Of a DNA stretch of 64,000 nucleotides, positions 20,701 to 32,700 are shown in pieces. Made by a program: the position numbers and the translations under genes. Position 1 is the first letter of the stretch, and the number at the start of each line of letters is the position of its first letter. The notes under the pieces are model-generated. The model searched no databases. It saw only the letters and a list, made by a program, of their open reading frames with translations, and was not told the DNA's origin. Source of the stretch: Saccostrea cucullata (Eukaryota); contig NW_026935443.1 of assembly GCF_032062105.1 (NCBI RefSeq), forward strand, positions 558,001 through 622,000, in the 5' to 3' direction.

Positions 20701-23700
20701 ACGTCTTCTTGTCAATGTTCTGATCATGGATCACATGATGACGGTGACTAAAAATAGATTTTTAACATTGAGCACTGAATTAAAAGTTTCTGTATAAGTA
20801 GGAAATAAAATACTACAAACATGATTTTAATAATTTGACTTTACATTCTAATTTATTGGAAATACTAATTTGCTTCTCAAAACCACTTTCAATTTCATTA
20901 TCAAAGGTACAATTTATCAGAAAAATGATATTTTTTTTTATGCGCCCGAATTTTTTCGGGGTGCATATTATTTTTGTCCTGTCTGTCTGTCTGTCTGTCT
21001 GTTTATCTGTTTGTCTGTTTGTCTGTTGTCAACTTTAACCTTCGCCAAAACTTTTGGACCGTAAGAGATAGAGACTTCATATTTGGTATGCATACTCCTT
21101 AATAAAGTTCTTTCATGACATCAAGGTCAATGACCTTGTGACCTTGAATGTGACCTATATGCTAAAAATAGGTTTTTCAACTGTTTGTCATAACTTTTGA
21201 ACCATAAGAGATAGAGACTTCATAATTAGTATGCATACTCCTGTAATAAAGTTCTTTCAAATGACATCAAAGTCAATGACCTTGTGACCTTGACTGTGAC
21301 CTATATGCTAAAAATAGGTTTTTCAACTGTTTGTTATAACATTTGAACCATAAGAGATAGAGACTTCATATTTGGTATGCATACTTCATTAAAAAGGTTC
21401 TTTCAAATGACATCAAGGTCAATGACCTTGTAACCTTGACTGTGACCTGTATGCTAAAAATAGCTTTTTCCACTTTTTGCCATAACTTTTGAACCATAAG
21501 AGATAGGGACTTCATGTTTAGTATGCATACTCCACTAATAAAGTTCTTTCAAACAACACCAAGGTCAATGACCATGTGACCTTGACTGTGACCTATATGC
21601 TAAAAATAGCTTTTCCCACTTTTTGCCATAACTTTTGAACCATAGGAGATAGGGACCTATATTTAGTATGAATACCCCACTAATTAAGTTCTTACCAACA
21701 ACACCAAGGTCAATGACCTTGTGACCTTGACTGTGACCTATATACTAAAAATAGCTTTTTCGAACTTTGTTGATGCCGGGCGCATAGTGTTTCACAAACA
21801 CATCTTGTATTATAGATATTTCCAGCCAATTTACATCTCATCATTTAATGTGTCTAAATATACTGACCTGAATGTGCCCCTCTCTACATCCTGACCACTG
21901 AGCCTCACCGGATAGCCGTCAATCAGGAGGGACATGTAAGCAATAGTCTCCCCCAGGGCCCAGTCTACCGTTCTCTCCTCAACCATCTTCATACGGGCCT
22001 TCAGAACTCGGCTTAAACCTTAACAAGCATTTCAGTTAACCATTACTTTCGTGGAAAAAAAAAACATATGGAACTTGCAGAACTTAAGGAAAGAGATTCT
22101 TCTGAATGCTAAAAACATTGGATTTTTTTTCTACATTTCTATTTGATAAAGTAAATATCAACAAGCAATAATTTTATAGAACTTGGACTAAACAAGGAAC
22201 ATTAATTAATTTATGCATGTATGTATTTTTAACTCATATCTGAAGTTATAAGATTCTTGAGCCAAAACTCAGACAGGAAAGAACAATGCTGAAGATTACA
22301 ATTTCTTTTCAACAAGTTTCCTCCTTACTTGAGTGAACGTTGAGATCATCGGGGACAGAGCTGGCCTGGACCCCTAGTTTACGTACAACCTCCTCAGGGA
22401 TTCCTGTGGGAGCCACCTTCATCTGGTCTTTGTTAGTGAAGAAGTCCCCCCAGGGCGAGTCCAGCCACTCACTGTTTTTATTCACCAGGATATTCTTGGA
22501 TTCATCATAAGCTTTCTTACAGATTTGGTCATACTTCTCTATTTCATTCTAGAAAATACAAGAAAGGTTTTAACATGTGTGTCTCTACATGCATGTAACA
22601 CTACTGCTTGAAGATGAACATGAATAAATCATCTAAATTTACTACTTTTTCCCACTATGAATGGATTTTACATTTGTTATAAAATTTAGCATGGGCATTG
22701 GCCTGGTTACGTACAATTTTGGCATCAGGAATGATGACATTGTAATTAAAATTCACCCCTTCCATAAAGGTGTCTCACTAAGGAGTAAATATAGGTGGGG
22801 TGCTAGCATTAGGAATCAAAAGAATGACACTATCACCCTCTCAGTAGAGACTCTTGGTTTATAAATGTATTAGCCAAACAAATGTACTCACTTTATAATC
22901 TTCTTTGGTGACAACCCCTGAATTGACAAGCTGATCTGCATACTTCTCCATCACTGGTTGTTGTTTCTTTATGGCTTTGTACATAATAGGTTGAGTTACA
23001 TAGGGATTGTCATTTTCATTGTGACCATTTCTTCTGTAGCAAACCTGAAGGAAAATGCATAATAATTTAAGGTTTTAAGACAGCTTTTTCTTGTTTTAAA
23101 TAATTACCAAGATTTATAATTTTGAAATAATTTTTGTGCGAAATAAAATTTCCATGCTCTTGTTTTCTACAGGATCTTATGTGTAAATTTTTACTAGAAA
23201 ATAAAGACTGGCCCATTTACTCACCAGATCTACCACCACATCTTTTCCGAATGTGGCCCTCCACTCAGCAGCCACCTTACACACGTACACCACCTCCTCG
23301 GGATAGTCAGCATTGACGTGGAAGATGGGGGCATTGATCACCCTCCCTACATCAGTGGGGTAGGGGGAGGATCTCGAAAAACGGGGATCTGTGGTGAAGC
23401 CAATCTGTAAATCAAACCATTGTAAGCTTTTATATGTGTCTTTCACATCCAAACCCATAACAACTGTGGAATTATCAAAATTTGTGGGGGCCAATTTTCT
23501 GTGGATTGCTTAAATTTTATAGGTTATAATGTACCTGGTTGTTGACCACAATGTGAATGGTGCCATGGGTGGTAAATGCTGGTAGGTCACTCAAATGGAG
23601 AGTCTCATATACAACCCCCTGGCCAGAAAAGGCTGCATCACCATGTAAAAGAATGCTCATCACCTACAACATACACAAATAACACGTCAAATTTGTCCCG

Positions 23701-26700
23701 AGACTAGTATCTGTTACAAATACAAAAGTTTTAAATTTTTTAATCTTTTAAATATATTTTTTTCCCCTAAAGAGCTCCCTATAAATCAGTACATGTATCA
23801 ATCATTCTTGAATCCAAACGCTTTTTTCCCTTTCAGTTCTGCCACTACCTACCCTTTTCCCATCGGTGTCTCCCATACACTCCTGTTCGTGCCTGGTCTT
23901 GCCTTGAGCCACGGGACCCACGGCCTCTAAGTGGGAGGGGTTAGCCACCACCGCGATTTTGATTTCCTTGTTTGTGACTCTGTTAAGTCGGTGGTGTGAC
24001 ATTCCCAGGTGGTACTTCACGTCTCCAGAGCCCTCATCTTCCTCATTTAACTTGGAGTCAAACTGACAGAAGATGTTCTCCAGGGGTTTTCTGCAGACAT
24101 TGGCCAAAACATTCAACCTTCCTCTGAAAATGATAAAATATACATGTAAATATTAAGTCAACAGAAAAATGGCAGTGTTCCAATCAACCTTCAAAAAAAA
24201 AAACTTAAATGATCACTCTTCTGAAATACTCTGATACAAGTTGTAACACAGTTGTCACAGTAAAGTATTGTGTTCTACAATCATTTGATAAGAATTTTTT
24301 TGGTACCAAAAAATGAATAGTTCAAAAAAGCTATGTTGGATATTTTGAAGAAAGTGTTTTAAAGACTTTTATAATAAAAACATTACATATTGTACCACTA
24401 CGTACAAACAGAATTAATAACTGTTTTCATGTTCGAGAGTGGAATTGACAAAATTCCTGAGCACTCTGAGACCTGTACATATTATCAAATGAAAACAGGT
24501 TTAATTTCTATACCTGTGTGGCATTCCAACAATAAAGCTCTCGGCTCCATACTCTGTAGACTTATCAATGATGGTCTTCATTCCTGGAATCAGCACCTCA
24601 CACCCCTCCAAACCAAAACGCTTCTCTGATGTCCACTTGGTTGACAGAAATTCCTCAAATCTAAATCAAAGTGTATTTTGATGTTTAAACTAATAATATT
24701 AATAAAATAAATCAAATCTAAATCAAAGTGCATTATGATGTTTAAACTAATATAAATAATAATAAAATATTTCATACAGCTTTTTTCTCTCTCGAAAAGA
24801 AACAGTTTGTGTCATTTTCCAAGTTTGTAACTATAAAATTTTTCTATCACCTTTGAGATCTAACAAGACGAGCGAGCGTGACATGTTTCTCCTCCGCTGA
24901 GAATTCTCGTATTCTGGGAGTCTCAAACTTTTCCCTGATCCAGCGAGTCTGTTCCTCATTATTGATGTGAGTATACTCAATTCCAATGTGCTTACAGTAG
25001 ATGTTCTAATGAGAAAGAAAATAAAATTGACATGAGATTCTGTACAAATGGAAAAATCTTGTCCTAAAACAATCATATGGTTGTGAAGACCTGAACTAAA
25101 ATACTTTTTTAAAAGATGTATAATTGTATACATTGTAAGTCTTGTCAATTGCAGAACTTTAAGATGAGTACATTTACATCATAAAATATGTGCTTCAGAT
25201 AAATCTATTCCCTTGTAATACATAATGCTAGTCTACACATGATTTTCCCCCTATCAGTGCCCCCCCCCCCAAGGTTCTACACACCTCTAGTCTATGTATG
25301 ATTTCTCCCATGAGAGGGTTACTTTCCCTCCAGGTTATACAAACCTCTATTCTATGAATGATTTCCCCAAGTAAGGTTTCCCCCATGCTTTACACACCTC
25401 TAGTCTACATATTATTTCCCCCTGAAAAAGGTTCCTTTCACCCCCAATGTAATACGTACCTCTAGTCTCCTAAATACTTCCCCCAGTGTAGTTTACATAT
25501 TATTTCCCCCTAGTGAGAGGGATTTTTCCCCATGTAATACATACCTCTAGTCTCCTAATGATCCCCCCTACCCCCGTGTAGTTTACATATTATTTCCCCC
25601 TAGTGCGAGGGATTTTTCCCCTTATGTAATACATACCTCTAGTCTCCTAATGATCTCCCCCAGGGACAGGGACTTCTCTTCCCCTCCTATGTAGGTCACA
25701 CTGTCATCAGGTAAGTAAAACTTCCTATCCAGGTCAGTTTCACCTAAAACATTATCTAGGTCATAAGGAAATGGGTCAGAAGTACAAACTGTGTTTTGTT
25801 TAGAAATAAAATTAACTGCTTCGACACATGATACACTCAGTCATAAGGAAATTAGAAATAGGTATTATAGATTACCAATTTTCATTTTTGTGATATATTT
25901 ATTATGTATCTATAAGGAAGACATAATTTAAGTGATGCATAGTATGCTTGATAAATACTAAAAGTACATGTACTAGCATTTCAGCTGTAAGCTTTATCTG
26001 GTTGACTTACACACATATTTATCAAAGCAAATATAAATATGAAATGTCATTGTGACATATTTTGTGTTCAATTGTATCTCATTTCACTTTATTAAGTTTA
26101 TTAGATGCAACCTTGATTTTTTCAAAATTTTTTACCTCATACTGTTTAAGATATATACTGTGTCAGTGATCATGAAAGACATACAGACAAGCTGCCAAAC
26201 CATCTATACTCAAATTATCATGGATAAATGTATCATTTTTTATATAGGTACATGTATAAAGATGCAGCTTTCAATAAATGTACACACAAATGTATGAAGT
26301 ACCAATATATTGAAGAGGAATTTAGTCATTCATTTATGAAATTATTTTGTGCATTTCAAATTATCCATCTAAATAACTCAACTGAAAAATTTACAAACTA
26401 AAAAATAAATACTTAAACATATCAACTCTTATTGGAATATAATATAACTATATACTATGTGTTATAAATTTTAGAAACAGTGTGTTTCATTTCCTTTTGG
26501 GAAACAAATATGTAATACAAGTGTACATTGTCATGCATAAACCAGAAAAGAAAATAAAAAGTTACTTTTCTAAACATGATAAATAAGTACAAGATGACAT
26601 ATCAAATTTGGGGGACAGACAAGCGTTGAGTATTCTTGTAAAATGAAAATTCAGTATCTTTATTATTTATTTTTTTTTAAAGGATATTTGCAAAGAGCTA

Positions 26701-29700
26701 TGAAATTTTGATTGGTTGTTTTTTTTCTGCAAATAACATGACTTTTCCTGTAGGACATGGGATATATTTGATCTGAAGATGTTCCAATGATAACTATAGA
26801 AAAAAAAAATAGTTTGAAAATATCTTGTCCAGAATGTAAGTTATATTTTTTAAATAGACATGCTGATTTTCCCTCTTTTTTTCAAAACTGGCCCAGTGTA
26901 AATAAAATGAGGAATGTTGATGCACAGATTGGGATCTGTTTTTCTTGCTTAAATTGATTGGGGGTGGGGTGAGCAAATATTTAGACAATATAGTCAATGT
27001 TTACTTGGGAATGGGCCTCAGGAAAACCCTAACACAAAATGGAACACCTTTTAAAATTCATGAATTTGTAAATATCAAAAAATTACTTAAATTGCATACC
27101 AAACCTTGTGTGAAATTTTTCACCTTTTCATTTAATTTTTAGGTTATAAAATGCTTGATTAACTTGGATGAAAGAATTTGGCAAGAAGTATCCTGAATCT
27201 TGTTAAAAAATAACGATGGTTATGAAGAACGAGTCAAAACAGGAATGTCTATAATGCAGACAATTGAGACATAAAAGATACATGTATGTACTGCTACCAG
27301 TAATTTTTTCCCTCTTCAAGAAAGAAATCATTTGGCTTAGGCTTTAGGATATTCTCTGACAGTTCATAATACTTTAGATGAAGCTATTTTTTTTTTAAGT
27401 AAATCTCATTAACTATTTCTAAAGACAATCTTTTTGCAATAGCCTTATGAGGCCAATTCTTATATTTGTAGTCAGAAATTTTCATAATTCATGTCAAAAA
27501 CCTTAACCTGTACCTCAGAAATAGGCCCAATTCTTTTGTCCAATGTTTAATTAAAATACAAAGCAAGGACAAATCTTAAGTCTTCAACAATACAACCAAA
27601 ATTACACCTAAGTACATTTCCTGAAAGTATTATGCTTTCCTTTTATTCAGAATGATGCAACAATTTCAAGTATTACCACCAAGTTACCTAAGTTTATACA
27701 AATCCAAGAGAGGATTTACTTCTTTACCTTAATTAAGGTACAAAACCACTGAATTATTTCAAAGAAATTTATGAATGTTGCTAGACCGAGTACTCTTAAC
27801 GCAGAACTTGTCAGGTAATGAAAATACACAACTTAGAGAACAGAAGGACAGGCAACTATTTTGAAAGAAATTTGAATGCAAAATTGCTAAGAAACTGATA
27901 TCTTTTGTTGATACTAAATAATCCAATATATTGACATTATGTCTTCTGGTTGATTCATAGATCTATTAAAGTTTGTTTGTAATGTTTGTAATATCTAGTA
28001 TGAAAATATGTGTATTGATTTTATAGATATTTGTTAAATATGTGTTTATGAATTTTAATGGTTCGAGTATAATAATGAAATTTTTGCTAAAATACATTTT
28101 TGATAAATATTTACCATGTAAATCTGAAAGTAACACCAAAACATTCATTTAATCATTAAATCCTGTGAAAATTAATTTTTCAATTAATGAAGTTTATAAC
28201 TGAAGATGTTTGAAGAAGTATTTTTTTTTTATAATCTCCCCTTAAAATGTCTGAAAATTACAATTGTAATGTATAACATCATTCTTAGTTGCACTGGCTC
28301 CCATTTATAATTACAATGAAACCTGCCAAATACTTGAGACTGGTAAATAAGTGAGTGCTGATTGCTCATTTTAAAAAGTTTGATAATCCTGTGATAAAGA
28401 CTTTTCCAACACAGATCACCTTTCCCAATTTAACACAGCAATAAAAGTTATCATTTCTGTCAACAGACTCAATAATAAATGTAGGGACGCACACATGAAA
28501 AGTTGAAAAAAATCAATTTTTAAAGTCATTAACAAAGTACATCTATTTCTGAGTATTACGTAATGTTGGTGATACATCTAACAAGATTCACTTAATCAAT
28601 ATTCTATGTCTTAGTTATACCTTATTCCACAATTTTTATTTAAATTAAAAAAAAAGAGAAGATAATGAATAATAACTTTAATACAGCTCTCTGACCAATT
28701 TCTAAAAGAACTTCTTACATTTTCAAATTAAAAGTTTTCATCTAGTGCAAATTAAATACATGTACAAATTTCTGTGTCTGATCCATTCATTTGAAAATCA
28801 TGCAAATTTTCTTGGTTATATGTTTGACAAGCAAAACCACATTTTTCTTTTCAATTTATAAAAAAAAAGACTAAATTGTAAATATGCTATTCATCTTGCT
28901 GGCACACTTAATTATTCTCTATTGCTGCAAATTTGGATCATTATGTCTTCCCAAATCATATCATGCAAACCTTATGTGCATGCAAATAATAAAAACTTTC
29001 CCCGATTCCCTCTATCCAAGATTATTATAAAACTATTTTCTTTAAACTACATCTTATGAGAAGAGTGCTGAAAATCACAACTCTTAAATAGATAATACAT
29101 CTTCCTTTGCATCTAAAGCTACAGAGCTGTGAAATTCATAAATACTACGCAGTCGATTAATATATGTATATAATTAAAAGCTTTATAAGCAGGCTAGCTG
29201 GATCAAATTCAATTTTCTATACACATTTTGTTTTTGTTTTTTTATGGTCTTATTTTAATCTTTACAACAAGACATTAAGTTCATTTATTCTGAATTACAG
29301 TTATTATAAACAAATATTAGTTAACATGCTAACAGAGAAGTGTATAAATTTGTTAAAATTAATTTCATTCATCTGAATCAAATTTTGAAGATGTATAATA
29401 AAAGAGAAAACCAAAAATAACAGGCTTCTGTAAAAAGGCACAACCAAAAGACAATTACCACCACACCTTGGGGACTGGAGTATTTAATTCTTACCAAACT
29501 GGAAATGATCATAAGCTAGTTCGATTCCCATGTTAGAAAAAGTGTGTTTATTTATTCCCAGTGGATCTAAATCTGCGTAATGATGACCACGCTCCTAAAG
29601 GCAAGAAAACAAAAAGGGGACATAGCGTTAAACATAAAACTGAAGCTGGCAAACAATAAACCTTTTAGCCTGGTCATTAAAAACTCTTAGCCACGCTACA

Positions 29701-32700
29701 GGTATTAAAGATGCATGGTTCCAGTTTGCAGTTGTGGTGCTTATGTGGAAAAAAAGCATCCCGCTTGCTTTGCTAAAAATGACTTTTGAGTATGCTGGAA
29801 AAGCTACGAAAAATCTGTCAACATTGTACTTTGTGATATCAAAGCAGTCCCTTGGGTATATCTAGATGTCATTCATAATCAGGCAATAAATATTTGCATT
29901 ATTGTAAAGTGCTGCATGTTGCATAGGCTATTTCAAGTTTAATGTTAAGCACTTGTATGCTTCCAGATTCATTTGGTAACTTCTTTCTGTTCTCTACTTA
30001 GTAACAACAATTAAAATGAAAACTCCAAATAAATCAATCATTCTAATGAAAAAAGAAAAATTTCTAATACATTGTATCTACAAATAAATCAATAAAAAAA
30101 AATATACCACATGCTTCAATATTTACCTACATGCAAATATTTATGAAAAAAAAAATCTAAAGAACCCATACAGAGACTTAAGATATGCATTGGTACATTC
30201 CAATACAGAAGTACAGGTGCTATTCAAAAGTACTATACCACATCTGCACTGTGTCATATATATACCCACCAAAGTTGTGGGAGCTCAGCATAAGACTTTT
30301 GGGACACTCTGAATCCAGGTCAGCTGAATTTATCCCCAGGGGATCCAGGTGAGCGATCTTATGTCCTCGTTCCTAGTGGGTTGAAACATGGCATGATGTG
30401 TGATAAAAAAAACAATGGAGGTCTCCAAAGACCATACCATAAATCTGGAAATTTTTACGTCGATTTTATTTGGCGAATTCGGGTCAAAATGCTGTTGATT
30501 AATTTTTACGTTTCAAAAGAACAAGGTTCATTTTTGCCTTATTTGGCCCTGTGAATTTCTGTAAAACTGAAACTGCATAGTGTTAGTTAACAATGCATTG
30601 AAATATCACTAAGATCTTTGATGACTGCGTGTCTATATAAAATGACGTAATTTTCTGGTTAGTCAATGCATTATGACGTCACGAAATGCGTCAATTTCCT
30701 CATATTCTGAAAAAGTCTACAAAAACGGCCAATTTTTAAAGCTATTTTTCGATATTTGATATAGAGCGCAACCTCTGATCTAAAATGTGCAACTTCTAAA
30801 TGATAGAACTATTTCTGGGGATTAAAGGACATGTTTTATTTTTTAGATCAGAGAGTGCGCTGATATTTTTTTCTTTATTGAAAGCACTCAAATATACCTA
30901 TTTATCCTAAAATTCAAGAACATTGCAATTTCGAAAAGCCAGATCTCCAAGACCTGGACCTTTAGGAGAAAATTTTTAATAGGAAATGAAAGCACTAAGC
31001 CTCTATTTCATTTTACTGCTTCAATTGGAACATCAAGTGTTAATCAACCAATTGGTATATCTACAGGGCCATTTTATGCATAACATGAACCGAGTTCTTT
31101 TGCAAATGACCACTGCTTTTTTTTACATTTTTTTATTAGTAATCTATTTCTAAGAAAAATATTTTTGTGAATGCAATGAACTCGCAAATTTGCTAAAAAT
31201 TTATCTACAGCAAAAATTTCCAGATTTACGGTAATATGAAAATTAATAATAATATCTCTACCTTATGAACCAGTGGATAGGAAGATATTTACAAGAACAT
31301 TCTCCAATATTGACATGAACTGAATGAATGAACAATTTTTCATAACCACATTGATCATATATTGACATGCACTGTATAAACAAATAAGATATCAATTAGC
31401 AGTCTATGCAAAATTGAACGAGATACACAAATTAAATGATTCAGCTGCATAAATTTTTTATTACAACAGGCCACATATTTACACATTTCATTTTCTTATG
31501 TAGGTTTTTTGGTCTAGCTGACATAATTTGTTGACAAATCAAAATGTCCCGTGTGACCCAGAAAACTTTTGCATAGACTAGATTTTTCTGTACTTAATAA
31601 ATATAGAGCTCACTAATGTATTTCATCTATATAGAAATACATGTAATAGAGCATTGTCTTAACATTGCCATATGACAATGAGATGCAATGCAGTGAAGTA
31701 AACAACTCACATGACCTTGCCCTAGTTTCATTTCCCTGACATTTTCCCTCATGAGACAGGATTATGAGAGGAAAACGAAACCACAATTAGTTCACAACTA
31801 GACATTATGTATTAAAAGTACAGAAGCCACCCTGCTTGGTGTTTAATGTTAAGAGTGAGAAAGATCTCTCTCTGACTGAGCAGTGAGCACATCAATACTT
31901 TCTCAGACATCGTGCAATGTTTTCTGTTGATTTTATCAAATAATACTGATAAATGGTGACAGTTTACTCTAGAATGAAATTAAAGATTTAGTCATGGAAA
32001 TTACTTTCTTCCAAACCCCAACAAGAAAATACTCAGATAACAGTAATCTTTGCCATAAATATTCATGTAGAAGTTCAGATCATTGATGTTTCTGTTCACC
32101 AGATAGGTCTCTAAACCAACAAAATCATTAGTGCAGGTCTTGGGAATCACACTGCTAAAGGCTGCATTTAAATCACAAATTGTGCAAACATAATGGTAAA
32201 GAGATGACAATTACTGATGGCAAATTATTCCATTTGGTATACCTATCTTCTATAACAGAAAAAAATGTGAAATAAGTGTACAAGTGATGACAGTTCTGAG
32301 TCATGTTGAGACTAAAGGTATTAATAAAGGTGATGTTATGGACAAGTCACTTCCTAGAAAAGAATTTTCTTTCAATGAAACAATTCTATAAATAGTCATT
32401 TGATGTTTTCCTAGTCAATGGAGCATGAATCTGTTCTGAAATCTAAATTAAAAGTAAAATATGAAAAATCCAAGGCATATATACAAACAGGATACATTAT
32501 TAAAAGCATTTTATATCTTTCAAAGAATTTGTTTTTCTTTAAAGTACAGGGAAAGAATTTTTTTCTCTCACTGATCATATTATATATTGAATATCTACAA
32601 CAATAAAAATTCACATTTATAAACCAGACATTTTTTTTATCGAAAGAATGTACTTAGAGTAAGATTGTTCTTCTTTGAGACTAGTTTAGCTTGTTGACAA

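Noticed and set aside
25750-29490. Additional OGDH mutually exclusive or micro-exons
   Set aside because: No further GHxxAxLDPLG copy found by eye; small cassette exons cannot be supported without RNA data.
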